Source: Pocillopora damicornis
Taxonomy: Eukaryota
Length of the DNA: 64,000 nt
Direction: 5' to 3'
Assembly (NCBI RefSeq): GCF_003704095.1
Contig: NW_020845647.1
Coordinates: 248,001-312,000 of the forward strand
Positions 35,685 through 48,728 of the stretch are shown here, one piece after another; positions within the stretch are counted from its first letter, which is position 1, and each line of letters begins with the position of its first letter. The notes below the pieces were generated by a model. That model saw only the letters and a list, made by a program, of their open reading frames with translations. It was not told the origin of the DNA and made no database searches. A program made the translations under genes and the position numbers.

Positions 35685-37903
35685 ATGGCGGGCAGAAATG
35701 TCTCGTATTTGAAGCCTAAAACACCTTCTTTCATAGCGCAGTTCAAGGAGAAAGTGGGATATAAAGAACCAGATACAGTTGAAACAAAATTCGAAAAGCC
35801 TAATTCGTCCAAGTTAGATGACAGGGAACTTGAAGACGAGAATCCAACCGTAGTTTTGGGATCCAATGTAACCCAGGCCGAAGCAAATGTTTACCTCTCG
35901 CGTTTAAAGGCGGAAGAAGAAGCCGAAAAGACAGGTATTAACAAGCATACGATCAGCTACTGAGATTTATGTTATGATACAATAAAAGGGTATATTTAGA
36001 AATTGCTATTGGCATGATAAGGTAAACAAAGAAAACAGTATGCAAACGCTTATATCTGCGTTATCATTGGATCGGTTCTCCTCCTCGATAGCTGGAAGAA
36101 AAGTGGATTACCTTAAGATATTATCTTTGTGATATTATTTAACCTATCAATTTCAATCATTTGTTTAAATATGATATGAAGGTTTTTTTCTGACCAATCA
36201 ACTTCACAATGTTGTTCTACTCAATGATTTGACAGTACACTAATTACAGTGCAATATTTCTGTTTATTTTGTTGATGTACTTACCCAGTTAGATTTTAAA
36301 AACCACTTAGCTGTGAGGCCTACTTGTAGTTAACATCTATAGACACTTGTCTTTTTCCTTTATTAGAATTTTATGGCTAATGTAAATGTAAATCAAAAGA
36401 AGAAAAACCATGCGAATAATCCTTGAAAGAATATTTGATGCTGATGAAAACAATCACCTTGCTAAATGATAAACAGGACTTAAATAGAGAAAGATGTTTT
36501 TTTTTGTCTTTTCACAAGTGTGGGACAAAGAAAAAAATTCTGAGTCCCCATGTGGAATCGAACCTCAGATTTTTATATTCTGTGCTCTGATGCTCTGATG
36601 CTCTAACCACTGAGCTACAGAGACTCCACAGTGAGTAAGGTCTATATAATCTATTGTATTACCACATTCACACCAGCTAAATGCATTTAGTTAAACCAGG
36701 TCTAACTGAAAGAAAATCAGAAACAGAAAAGTGAAAAACTGAATTTCCAATAGGTTTCAAGTACTCATTAACATATATTTTCAATGTGCTAAATTTGAAG
36801 TCAACAAACATTGGTTAAGCAGCTTCTATGTAGAAAACAATTTTAAACCTTGTTTGAAAAAGCAGCTTTAGCACATGTTTAAGATTTGGTGTGAATGGAG
36901 TTTAAGCAAAGAAATTTAATATATAAAACACTCATTATGGAAAACTGACCTGTCAACCATCCATTATTTAAATTCTCTTTTACATTTTCAACCTCTACAG
37001 CCATTACTCATGGGCATGGTAGATTTATGTTTTTTATGTTGTATTTGCCTTTATTAGCAGCTGTAATGCAACTATGTGGATGATTTGAGAATGCTGTTTG
37101 ATTTCATTAGCAGCTGAATTTGGGTTTTACTTCCCAAGATCTAATTGTTGACTCTCTCCTCTGGTTGCTACACTTTTCCTTGTAATTAGTTACAAAAATT
37201 TGGTGTTAGATCAAGATAACTGTTACATGATAAGTTTGAGAATTCTTATTACCTGTTTGCTGGATAATGTATACTTATTATAGGGAGAAGTTACTTGTTA
37301 ATCACTTCTGAGAGTTATGTTACTAATCACTTCTAAGGGTTATGTTACTGTTTCATTTCCTGCCACCCAACTGACTTTCAGAAGAAATTATAATAATGAT
37401 TGAAATATAAATAAATGATGATAATGCCAACATGTTTCAAAAACGCCCTCTTGCTAGCAAAATTTTCCTATTGTTTTAGATGCATGTAATCAATAATTAA
37501 TTTATTAGAAAATGTTTTCTTCATTTTTTTTTACTCAACAGAACAACTCACTCTTTTACAAAAGAATGGAAATGATATATTTTGTGAGAAAGGCCTTGTT
37601 ATAAGTAAATTTTGAGTAGAAGTTGGCTTCTTATTACTTGATATAAAGAATTCTTACAGGAGCAACTCATTCATATTTTTTATGTCAACAGAAAAGAAAA
37701 TAAATATTGGTGAAGGAGACGATACCAGTAAAGATGACGGGAAAATCGTTTTTAAAAAGCCAGGAAAGAGGAAATCAAAGGACAGCGAGAGGCAGTTGAA
37801 ATACAAAGCAGATAATGGAAAGAAAGCAAAACCTAACAGTACTATGAAAAGTGTGAAAAACAAGACGCTTCTATCGTTTGATGAGGAAGAGGATGAAGAC
37901 TGA
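35685..37903 (+). CDS. KIAA1143: KIAA1143 / DUF4604 homolog; 2 exons (35685-35934, 37692-37903), 153 aa
   Basis: N-terminal VSYLKPKTPSFIAQFKEKVGYKEPDTVETK and EDENPTVV; C-terminal DGKIVFKKP and VKNKTLLSFDEEEDED. The GT donor at 35935 and AG acceptor at 37690-37691 join in phase 1 (G|AA). Confidence 0.9.
36482..36645 (-). mobile_element. tRNA-derived SINE in the KIAA1143 intron
   Basis: Minus strand has tagctcagtggttagagc (A box) and ggttcgattcc (B box); reverse complement of 38229-38370. Confidence 0.75.
37125..37345. mobile_element. Degenerate MITE related to the 8613-8811 element
   Basis: Begins ttttacttcccaagatc and ends tagggagaagttac...aatcacttct; carries a short tandem duplication (ttatgttact...aatcacttct). 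Confidence 0.5.
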
Positions 37904-38033
37904 AAAGTTACTTAATAAGGGTTGTTGGGGTGGAAGACCATTATGAACATCTCGTTTTAGGATGAAACTTCCAAGAAGAAAAAAGCCGGCAAATTTGTTG
38001 GATACGTTTGGAGCTTTGGTGGTAGCAGAAGTA

Positions 38034-38400
38034 ATTAGACAGAGTCTCAATACTCAGTGGTAGAGCATCGTAGAGTAGAATCTGAAGGTCTAAGGTTCGA
38101 TACCTCATGGAGACTCATTTACATTATGGCTAATGTAAATGGAAGTCAAAAGAAGAAAAACCATACGAATAATCCTTGAAAGAGTACTTGATGCAATGAA
38201 AACAATCACCATGCTAAATGAATTAGACAGAGTCTCAAGACTCAGTGGTAGAGCATCGAAGAGCAGAATCTGAAGGCCTAAGGTTCTAAGATTCCTCATG
38301 GGGACTCAAAAATTTTTTCTTTACTCCACGCTCGTAACAAGACGCAAAACATCTTTCTCTATTTCCTTACCGCGCTTAAAAAACTTTCTTATTCTATTTA
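38034..38400 (+). mobile_element. tRNA-derived SINE (full copy ~38229-38400; duplicated 5' head ~38034-38116)
   Basis: ctcagtggtagagcatcg...ggttc...cctcatgg occurs twice; body ends acatctttctctatttc. Confidence 0.75.
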
Positions 38401-38963
38401 CAACAGCTTTCCGTGTTACGAAAAGGCTGTCAGAGAGGTTAAACCTACGGCGAATAATAGTTAATTAGTATAATTGCTCAGGTGCTTTCGAAATTTCCTG
38501 TAAATAAAAAGAGCAGAGACTGCGCATCTCTTGTTACAATTTTTTTTAGTACTCGTATCAAGATAAGAGCGCAGGTTTTTTAGGTCTACTGAATACAATC
38601 AGCCAAAACTTCGAGTGTCCCGCCAAACCTACTGTTTTGATTGTTTTCCTCGTTCTCTTTTTGTTCTGTATCATTGTAATTTATGTCAAGTGTGTCTTCT
38701 ACGTCAAGTAAGAGCCCCAATAAGGCAAATCGATCGTCAAATACCATTTCGAACCTAAAGCCTTAGGTTCGAAAGCCTGATCAAGACACAAACAAGATGG
38801 CAATTTTGACTATATTATCATTTTCATTCATACAAGTGGTGACGACCTTAGCGCTATATCCTAGGGTGTACAGTTTCACTTTGCGTAATATATTTTTTCT
38901 TCATAACATTGTCGGCACACTCTTCTCTCAAAAGTCGCTGATTATTTTATTTCGTTTAGAGAA

Positions 38964-40613
38964 ATGAGCAGCAGTACTTTGTTGGAAATTTTTGGACATG
39001 TACTTTTTAGTTTCACGAAAAGTGTGACCGATCATTATAACCCAGAGGAACCGGAGTTCAACAACGAGTTATTTGGGTATAATCCTCTCGAAAGCACAGG
39101 TCGAGAATGGTATTATCACCCTGTGGATGAGCTTGTTTACCAGGAATACGGTGGAAAAGACTTAATCACGAGCACGAGCTATCTAGCTGCGAGCAGTCTT
39201 GATGTAAAGGTAATTGATGCATGTTCTACAGAGGTGAACGAAACAGAAGCGAACGAGATAAAAGTCGACAACAACAGTGGCACAGCTTGGAAGCGTTTGA
39301 GACCTTCCGTTTGCCGTACAATTTTACAATCGCTGTCTATCGGAGCCTTGATTTCATTGCTGGCTGCTATCATCTCAGGTGCGGAGTACATTTTGATCTC
39401 TTATCTTTGTTATGAAACTATCAATGTTTGTGAATTCGAACCGCAAAGGACATCAATTCCCCTTCGAGTTCAGTGGATGCGAACAATTGTGATTGCGATG
39501 GCTTATTTCTTTCTCTATAATTGGTTCTTTTCAAATGTGCTGCTACTTTTTCGCTTTTATCAACTACATGGACTGAAGAGAAAATTGTTTCTAGCTTTCT
39601 CCATTCCCTTCTGTATCGATGCTACCTATCGTATCACACTACAGGCTTTGGGAATGTCGTTTTCGAAACTTTCCTTGATTCAAAATATTCCCACAAACAT
39701 TAATTTTCTCACAAGCTTCGGTGTCCAAGTTTATCTCCTTGCGAAACATTTTTGCACCCAGTCAGTGAAAAGGCAGATCTCTTTGTTCTGCCAAATGACA
39801 GTACCTCTTTGCCTCACGTTTATTATCGGTATGATCTTCAAGTATCTGATTTATCCAGCATACATCAAAGAGGATACAAATGGTAAGCTACTCATTGCTG
39901 TATTCGCACCGTTGACTGGGGTGTTATTGAAACCAATAGCACGCATCTGCGCCCAGAGGCTATGGAACATTACCCATCCGGGTTACTCTTACGTGCTATC
40001 AGCGCCTTTGTATTACGGATCAGCGGTTGTCTTTCGAATTTTACAAGCGGATTTGGACAATTTATGGTCAATCGCGCTTCTTGGGATAATTCACGGAGCT
40101 GCAGAAGTTATAGAACGTAGTGCCATGGTTTTAATTGACCACATTTGTCATGTGCTATGCAAAAGAACCTCTGCTCCATTGGGAAGTTTTCGTACTCCCC
40201 GACGCGAAAGACTCATGGCTGACATCGCCATAATGAGCATGCTGTCTGAGTCAGCGGCTATAGTTTCTGTGAACGGCGTCATATACCTGTATCAATGGGT
40301 CTACATCGAGGACAGCTCGTGGTCAAAACTGTTGCAGTCTTTTGCCATTTTCACTTCCGTTCCTCTATTTATTGAATGGTTTTTTAACAGCATGTCTCTG
40401 GCGATCGAGACTCGCTATCAGAATATGGCTGTTATGGCTGTTTGGCGAAAGAGATGGAAGAGGCATTTTCTCGTGGCGATTGTCAACACGGTGCCGATTG
40501 CATTAACTCTCAGCACCAATCAGATAGCAGTGGTTCACGAGAGATTTGATCGAATTAGAGTCAAGCCTTGTAGAGTGCCATTTACACGAAACTTTACATC
40601 AACATCGTCGTAA
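38964..40613 (+). CDS. Uncharacterised multi-pass membrane protein, 549 aa, single coding exon
   Basis: Long uninterrupted ORF with an acidic N-terminal ~110 aa followed by about 10 hydrophobic segments. A polypyrimidine-AG acceptor ends 5 nt upstream of the ATG (38958-38959). Confidence 0.85.
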   Translation: MSSSTLLEIFGHVLFSFTKSVTDHYNPEEPEFNNELFGYNPLESTGREWYYHPVDELVYQEYGGKDLITSTSYLAASSLDVKVIDACSTEVNETEANEIKVDNNSGTAWKRLRPSVCRTILQSLSIGALISLLAAIISGAEYILISYLCYETINVCEFEPQRTSIPLRVQWMRTIVIAMAYFFLYNWFFSNVLLLFRFYQLHGLKRKLFLAFSIPFCIDATYRITLQALGMSFSKLSLIQNIPTNINFLTSFGVQVYLLAKHFCTQSVKRQISLFCQMTVPLCLTFIIGMIFKYLIYPAYIKEDTNGKLLIAVFAPLTGVLLKPIARICAQRLWNITHPGYSYVLSAPLYYGSAVVFRILQADLDNLWSIALLGIIHGAAEVIERSAMVLIDHICHVLCKRTSAPLGSFRTPRRERLMADIAIMSMLSESAAIVSVNGVIYLYQWVYIEDSSWSKLLQSFAIFTSVPLFIEWFFNSMSLAIETRYQNMAVMAVWRKRWKRHFLVAIVNTVPIALTLSTNQIAVVHERFDRIRVKPCRVPFTRNFTSTSS

Positions 40614-41114
40614 ATTTGCGCAGTTTCGAGAGGTGTAAGCATAATAGAGCCTTTTTTTGATGAGATTTTAAATGCAAGGTTTAAATAAACGGCTTGGTCA
40701 CCTTAGAAATTGAAAAGTGTTATATTGTGTGCTATTATAGTTTCACACTGGTTTTCGCGATCGCCTTTATCTTCCCAGACCTAATCGTATGAGCGGACAC
40801 TAATTATAAAAAATCCTCAAGAAAATTGCTGTTCAGTGCTTTGCATTTAAGCGAACGAGTATCTTTTCAATGAAACGTTTATTTATCGACCCAGAACTGC
40901 TTTTCATAAAAGGCATCAACCTGAGTTGTGCAAAATATTGTCAGATAAGGAAGAAGTGAAATACACGAAAAGTAAGTCGTATCACAAAATTGATACACAA
41001 ATTCAAGTAAACAATAAGGAAAGGATTTTCTCATCAGCTAAAAAGCAACCGATTAATTTACTTTCAACCTCAGTGGAATCTTTCACTATTTTTCATGTAA
41101 CGAGCTGAATTAAG

Positions 41115-41352
41115 CATGCATTTTGATTGGTTGTTACTCATGATCTATTGGTGGACAGACGCACAGATAACGTAACCATTGACCATTTTTTGCCCCTATA
41201 ATTTAAAACAAATGGATTCCATTTTGGTGGGTGTCTGTTAAGCAATAGATCACATCCGAGTGTGTCACGGATGTTCTTACCACACCTGGCATCCTCTGTG
41301 ATCTGTTACTGAACAGATGTACGGCAACATGCATGGAGTCTATTTGTTGAAA
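41115..41352. mobile_element. MITE-like element with inverted repeats
   Basis: aaacaaatggattccat...ctgttaagcaatagatcaca (~41206-41253) is the inverted complement of tgtgatctgttactgaacag...atggagtctatttgtt (~41297-41348). Confidence 0.6.
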
Positions 41353-43333
41353 ATAAATGTTATTTGTGATCATGATACTCAGGAATCGAAAACAAAAGAA
41401 CAGAGCCATGAAGATATAAAAAAACCGGGTAGAACCTGAAAATAATTTCTGACCGGTTTCACAGAAAATATGGCATCAGAAAACACGTCTTCACGATCGC
41501 ATGACATGGTCCGTGAGATTATTTTGCTATTTTTTAGGGTTTTTTACTTTCAATCAGTCAATCCTGTGAACCAAAAAGCTATTTGTTTTGTCATGAGTGT
41601 TGGATGAAAACGAGGAGTTGAACTTCAGACATACGGAATTTATGCCCCGATGTATCCTTTCTCGTTGAAATTTTTTCAATCAAAATGAAACTCAACTTTT
41701 CCACATATCTTAAAAAAACCAAAATACTCAGTCCATCAGAGGGAGTCCAGCCACCTTAACCTTGTATTTGGTAAACAACGCAGATATGTCACGTTTCACA
41801 GAGATATAAATATCATGTCATTTACGTTTAATGCAAAAGCGCGATGGAAGGCCACATTTATTTTCCTGCATGGGAGATAAACAAATTAGCTCTCCATGAC
41901 AACTCACCATGACCATAACTTTCCCTAAGGTCATTTTCTTATTTCGTGCGTTATGCGTTTGCGTTGGGATCAAAATATCGCCATATTCTATTACTTTTTC
42001 ACAACGAAATGTTTGTTTGGCTTTCAGTTCAATAGTAAACACTATGTACCATCACCTGACTTGATCCCTTGTAAAATTTTAATGTAGGGGTTCCCTTTTT
42101 AACTGACATCACCAATCTCTTTGAATTTTGTTATCAGTAAAACGAGGACAACACAAGCCCCTCTTTGCAGGAATAACTTTAAAAAATTCTAATAAAAGGC
42201 CGTGTCAAATGTGGTGTCATTGTTACATTCGGTTTGCAGGTCATACTACAACGCAACGTTTTATAAAATGTAATGAATTCAAATTTAACAAGGTCTAATT
42301 ACAAAGCTTTCTACTTCATTGTTCCTGTCAGTCAGTGTCGTTTGACCTTGATTTTATCAGTACAAACCTAAGGAATAGGTGTCCTCGCTCAAAATTTAGA
42401 TTTCATTCAGGTGGCCTCGCTTTAATATATGGTATGGTTTACTTAGGTTATTATGATAGTAACATTCACTCTTGCTCAGCATGTTATATATATCAGTAGC
42501 ACGAATGCACGTCAAAGACCTTCTTGGAGAAAACTTATTGTTCTAGAATTTCTTCCTAAAACCCCCCTACAGTCTCTCTATATTGTGGTTTTTTCGCGCG
42601 ACACTTCTAAGAGAAAATTGTCCAGCAAAACTTGGCAGTGGAAACTCCAGTGACTCTAGGACGTTAAAAAAAGATGAAGTAATTTTGATGATAAAAAACA
42701 AACGTTGCACTCCTATTCCTCCACTTTTTTCGATGACAACCTGTGCATGTTCTTGCGTTTCCATATGTCATACTATGAAAGATCGACAATTCTTATTTTC
42801 GTTTTATTCTAAATTTCAATTACGTCAACTTTGTTTTAAAACAACATGCTATCTGAGGTTGAATTAAAGTTTCCTCGTGTTTCATCGCCTTTAAAGTTTT
42901 TTCCAATCGAACTTTCAACACATTTTGATAAAAAATGAAACAAAGCAAACTTTATTCGTGTAACTTTTTGTTTGAAACCAATTACGAGGCGCGTGACATT
43001 ACCCACTACTTTTAGAATATCATCTTAAACAATAGAGTTGTGATTGCATATTTTAAAAGATCCTTAAGAAACCACGGGTTACACAGAAATGCTGCAGTTT
43101 CACCGGATCCAGCAAGGTTGAAAGATATGTCCTAACGTGTATTTTTTCAGTCTTGTTAAAGCAACAAAGAGTTTAACTACCAAACTCCAATTATTTGCGA
43201 AACGGCGATCAATTTCCGAACTGCAGTTCTCGTAAAGGACTGAAATTTGCCTCGAAACAGATCGTTCGTCGCCAACCTGACTTCACACAGGAAATCTAAT
43301 ATAGGGGATAATTTTTAAGGAGAGAATCTTACT

Positions 43334-44550
43334 ATGACAAGTTTCAGCATTTCTTCAACCATGTCCACTGAAAACTTCTCGACGACTATCAGTGGAACAG
43401 TAGAGTCGCAGGGTGTGGAAATACTTAAGAGCACGCTTTATGCGACTTGTGGTGTCTTTGGTGTTGTCGGTAACATCCTAACGACAATTATTTTGACGAA
43501 GATCAAGGCGAAGGAAACGAGAGTAATGGATTTCTACATGATTAACTTAGCCATAGCGGATTTAGGAACTTTGCTCTTGGCATTTCCAATTACCGCGATA
43601 CGAGAGAGACTTCCGAATGATTGGCCATTTGGAGAGTTTGTCTGTTTGTATTTCCTTCCACTTACCGACATATTTCACGGCTCGTCTGTTTGGTTCATTA
43701 CAGCAGCTGCCATAGAAAGATATCAGAAAATTGCCAGGCCTTCCAAAGTAAACGTCAAACTGCCAATAGCATTGAAAAGAGCACAGATCGTTGCAGTGAG
43801 CACATGGGTGGCGTCATTCGTCGTCTTTTCATTACCGCTCTATTTTGTTCTTCGCTACAGAGAGGTTTCTACCGATGGAAGATTTTGGTGTGGTTCAGAG
43901 TGGCCTTCATTAGGCGCAGGCCTCGCTCTATCCAAACTTTACTTTACTTTCATGGTCTTTGTATCTTATGTTATGCCACTATTTGTAATATCGGGAACAT
44001 TCCTCGCAGTGTCGCACAAACTANNNNNNNNNNNNNNNNNNNNNNNNNNNNNNNNNNNNNNNNNNNNNNNNNNNNNNNNNNNNNNNNNNNNNNNNNNNNN
44101 NNNNNNNNNNNNNNNNNNNNNNNNNNNNNNNNNNNNNNNNNNNNNNNNNNNNNNNNNNNNNNNNNNNNNNNNNNNNNNNNNNNNNNNNNNNNNNNNNNNN
44201 NNNNNNNNNNNNNNNNNNNNNNNNNNNNNNNNNNNNNNNNNNNNNNNNNNNNNNNNNNNNNNNNNNNNNNNNNNNNNNNNNNNNNNNNNNNNNNNNNNNN
44301 NNNNNNNNNNNNNNNNNNNNNNNNNNNNNNNNNNNNNNNNNNNNNNNNNNNNNNNNNNNNNNNNNNNNNNNNNNNNNNNNNNNNNNNNNNNNNNNNNNNN
44401 NNNNNNNNNNNNNNNNNNNNNNNNNNNNNNNNNNNNNNNNNNNNNNNNNNNNNNNNNNNNNNNNNNNNNNNNAGATCATCGCGGGGCCAGAAGCGTAATC
44501 GAGCTCTTGTTTCTGTCAAACTGGATTTCAATCGGATTTCTCGTTCTTGA
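43334..44550 (+). CDS. Class A peptide-receptor-like GPCR, tandem copy A (gap in the CDS; ~377 aa reconstructed)
   Basis: GNILT, NLAIADL, WPFGEFVC, AIERY. The C-terminal tail after the gap (RSSRGQK...ISRS*) matches copy C. The gap is 449 N against 366 bp in copy C, so the apparent frameshift is a gap artefact. Confidence 0.85.
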
Positions 44551-44876
44551 ATCAGAGATAAAATGAAATCGCGTTAAACTCGAAGAGTTACATCAGCTGC
44601 TTTAAGGATTAATTTGTTTATTTTAGCACGTTTTCGATTGACGTTGTTTATCGAGTGTATTTTATAAAATAGCCAACGTTATATAGTATAGTTGTTTTAA
44701 AAGCATTCGTCATATGTTACAAACAAGAATTCAGCATAAATCTTTCACATTTATAAACTACTAGGATTTGATCTGAAATAAAGGTGTTTATCCGAATGAC
44801 AAAGTTGTGCATTCAGCATATAGTTTCACGACAAATTACCTTACAAAGCCGAGGGAGATTGACATTGTCAGCCCAG

Positions 44877-45990
44877 ACGTGCTTTACCAAGTTGAACCGG
44901 TATTGAGTACTTTTGAAAACGTATACAGAGAAGTCGAATCTAAATATAGAAGGGTTAAAAAGCAGCAAGAAACATTTACCGACAGACTTATTGAATCGGC
45001 GACAGGAGAATTACAAGCAAAGAATCAAGTAATCGGTGACGAAGCCAAAGCTAATTTTTTAAAATGCGCAGAACAGTTCGCCATTTATCAGAAATCATTC
45101 GCAACTGAAAAGCCGCTGTTTAAACACGAAGCACTTGAAGCAATGACGTTAGCAGTAATAACAAAAACGACCGATGTTTTGAGTTCGCAAAAGTACGCAA
45201 GCCACGGGCTAGAGAAATTGTCAGTTCCTACGTGATATGGTGTTAGAAAGTCTTGCGCAACTTGGAGGCACGAGTTTCAGTATTGGATGAATAAATATAA
45301 ACAAGACAAAGATGAACAATCGTAAAGGCTTCGGAAAGCATTACCCACCCAGGCAAAAACTCGTGTTGGTCGGATCAAGTAAGGCCGTGCAAAACGATTT
45401 AACAGGCGTAAAAAATTCCCGACACCGAATTTGGAGATCAAACGAAATTAATTGATACGCCCTTAACCGAAATTACAAATCTTAAGCTAATAAAGTGCGA
45501 CCCGAAATCGCTTTCTCGCTACGCGGCTAGAATTCTTTGTTTCGTAAGCAACATGGATCAAAACAGCTGCGCAGTGACAAGTGCCTTAGAAGCACCCTTT
45601 GTGATATCTCAGCTTTTATCAAAGCTAGATCCAAAAGATGACATTGACTTCGGCCGAGAAATGCAACGCGTGAAAAATGAAGAGAACGTTCTGAACCTAA
45701 TAGATTGGTTAGACAAGGAAGCAAGCTTGCGATCTCGCGTCAAAAGGGATACCTGCAACGACACAGAAGATCGCCGATTTCAAAATCAGCGAAGTCAGTC
45801 GGATAATCACTCCGCGAACAGTGAAATGCCCGATGATGAAATTTGTCTAGTAGGTTGCGAAGCAAAGCATTTACTTTCTGCATGTCCAGTGTTCCAAAAA
45901 TCAACAGTAGACCAGAGAAAAAAACCAGCCATTTCGTTCCAATTCTACCGCATTCATTTTAGCGACTCGTACAGTATACGCAAGAATTAG
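44877..45990 (+). mobile_element. Degenerate BEL/Pao LTR-retrotransposon gag fragment
   Basis: LEKLSVPT*YGVRKSCATWRHEF (DUF1759-like) and a CCHC knuckle CLVGCEAKHLLSACPVFQKSTVDQR, with in-frame stops. It starts exactly where copy A's 3' flank stops matching copy B. Confidence 0.75.
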
Positions 45991-47173
45991 ATGTGAACAA
46001 ACCACTGCATTCGAACTATTGAAATTGTTACAATAAATCTTTGCTTCTTCTGATGCGNNNNNNNNNNNNNNNNNNNNNNNNNNNNNNNNNNNNNNNNNNN
46101 NNNNNNNNNNNNNNNNNNNNNNNNNNNNNNNNNNNNNNNNNNNNNNNNNNNNNNNNNCATTGTTCCTGTCAGTCAGTGTTTTTTGACCTTGATTTTATCA
46201 GTACAAACCTGACGAACAGGTGGCTTCGCTCAAAATTTAGGTTTCATTCAGGTGGCCTCGCTTTAATATATGGTGTAGTTTACTCAGGTTTATATAATAG
46301 TTACATTGACTCTTGTTCAGCAGGTTATATATATCAATAGCACGAATACATGCCAAAGACCTCAGAGAAAACTTGATGTTCTAGAATTTCCTCCTAAAAC
46401 CCCTACAGTCTCTCCATATCGTGGTTTTTTCGCGCGACACTTCTAAGGAAAAATTGTTTAGCAAAACGTGGCAGTGAAAACTCCAGTGAGTCTAAGTCGT
46501 TAAAATGCAGATAAAGTAATTATGATGATAAAAAACAAACGTTGCACCCCTATTCCTCTACTTTTTTCGATGACAAGCTGTGTATGTTATTGCATTTCCA
46601 TATGTCATACTATGAAAGATCGACAATTCTTATTTTCGTTTTATTCTAAATTTCAATTCAGTCAAATTTGTTTAAAAACAACATGCCATCTGAGGTTGAA
46701 TTAAAGTTTCCTCGTGTTTCATGGCTTTGAAGTTTTTTCTAATTGAACTTTTAGCACATTTTTGCAACAATTAAAACAAAGAAACTTTATTGTTGTAACT
46801 TTTTGTTTAAAACCAATCACAACGCGTGTGACATTACCCACTGCTGTTTGAATATCATCGTAAACAATAGAGTTGGCCTTGCATATTTTAAAAGATCCTT
46901 AAGAAACCACGGGCTACACAGAAATGCTGCAGTTTCACCGGATCCAACAAGGCTGCAAGATATGTCCTCACGTGTATTTGTTCAATCCTGATAAAGCTTC
47001 AAAGAGTTTAACTACCAAACTCAAATTATTTGCGAAACGGCGATCGATTTCCGAACTGCAGTTCTCGTAAAGGACCGAAATTTGCCTCGAAACAGATCGT
47101 TCGTCGCGAACCTGACTTCACACAGAAAACCTGATTTAGGCGATAATTTACTAAGAAGAGCAACTTACGTACT

Positions 47174-47443
47174 ATGACAAGTTTCAGCAACTTTTCAACT
47201 TTGTCCACTGAAAACTTCTCGACGACTAACATTGAAAGCACAAGCAGTGGCGAGGCAATAGAGTCGCAGGGTATGGAAATAGTTAAGAGNNNNNNNNNNN
47301 NNNNNNNNNNNNNNNNNNNNNNNNNNNNNNNNNNNNNNNNNNNNNNNNNNNNNNNNNNNNNNNNNNNNNNNNNNNNNNNNNNNNNNNNNAATCGAGCTCT
47401 TGTTTCTGTCAAACTGGATCTCAATCGGATTTCTCGTTCTTGA
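47174..47443 (+). CDS. Peptide-type GPCR tandem copy B (only the termini are assembled)
   Basis: N-terminus MTSFSNFSTLSTENFSTT...ESQGMEIVK and C-terminus NRALVSVKLDLNRISRS flank a 100-N gap; about 1 kb upstream matches that of copy A. Confidence 0.75.
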   Translation: MTSFSNFSTLSTENFSTTNIESTSSGEAIESQGMEIVKXXXXXXXXXXXXXXXXXXXXXXXXXXXXXXXXXXNRALVSVKLDLNRISRS

Positions 47444-48728
47444 ATCAGAGATAAAACAAATTCGCGTTTAACTCGAAGAGGTACATTCAGCTGCTTTAAG
47501 AATTAATTTGTTTATTTTTCATTTTAGCACGTTTTCGATTGACGTTGTTTATCGAGTGTATTTTATAAAATAGCCAACGTTATATAGTATAGTTGTTTTA
47601 AAAGCATTCGTCATATGTTACAAACAAGAATTCAGCGTAACTCTTTCATATTTATAAACTACTAAGATTTGGTCTGAAATAAAGGTGTTTATCCGAATGA
47701 CAAAGTTGTGCATTCAGCATATAGTTTCGCGACAAATTACCTTACAAAGCCGGAGGAGATTTACATTGTTAGCTCAGCACGAAATCGTAACTCTCTCTGC
47801 CCGACAGTGTAACCTTGGGTAGGGGCCGGGATAACTAGAAGCCTTCAAGCCATTTACATGAAGTTTTAATACATCAATAATTGTATAGCACCACCTGAGG
47901 AAAACTCTTTAATTAGACTGCATTTCACCAATTGTAAACTTCAAACAATTCTATTTTCTCGCATACACCCATCATTAACTCATCCATATTTTCAACTGGA
48001 TAAATTTTGATGTCACCCTTCGGGTATTTCCTCTCTAACGTCTTGCAACAAAGAAGGGAAAATGGCAAAAGTCAGAAATGGAGTAAATATTTATTTACTG
48101 TTAACAAGATACGTGACTTGATGCAGGTGTTTTCTCGGCTAGATTTTTGTTTCTTTTTCTTTTTCCTTAAAAGGATTTCTTTCTTTTTACGGAGCACTAG
48201 TCAGGTGTCTTCGCTGCAATGCTAACACACACAGCTCGATGTTAGGTCAGAGATCTCCCATTGGGTTTATACGCCGCCGTGTAAAATATTGATCGTTGAA
48301 AGCTTCGGGGAAAATTATGTAATCATTGATTATTAGAGTAAACTAAACATGGTGAGATGAAAATTGATGCCAGTCGTCGGTCTTCCGTCTTGCGATGAAT
48401 GGCTATGAAAAACAACATATTTACAAATACAATTGTATTACAACAGGACTTTTGACTTGTAAGAGTCTTAAATAGGGGAGAATAAGGGAAAAGGCATCGA
48501 TTACAGATGAAGTTTTTCAATACTAACCTCTTCTGAGTAGATGAAAATGTATTAATAAATGATTTTGCCACATGCGTCATTTAAAGGGGAGAATTGTATT
48601 TTTCCTTTCGAAGTAAGAACTACATCATNNNNNNNNNNNNNNNNNNNNNNNNNNNNNNNNNNNNNNNNNNNNNNNNNNNNNNNNNNNNNNNNNNNNNNNN
48701 NNNNNNNNNNNNNNNNNNNNNNNNNNNN

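Noticed and set aside
36482-38400. tRNA genes
   Set aside because: A/B-box-like heads lack a full cloverleaf and continue into shared SINE bodies. Similar fragments occur at ~51210-51270 and ~55440-55745.
43621-44566. Alternative or frameshifted ORFs across the GPCR copy A gap
   Set aside because: The gap length (449 N vs 366 bp in copy C) creates artificial frames.
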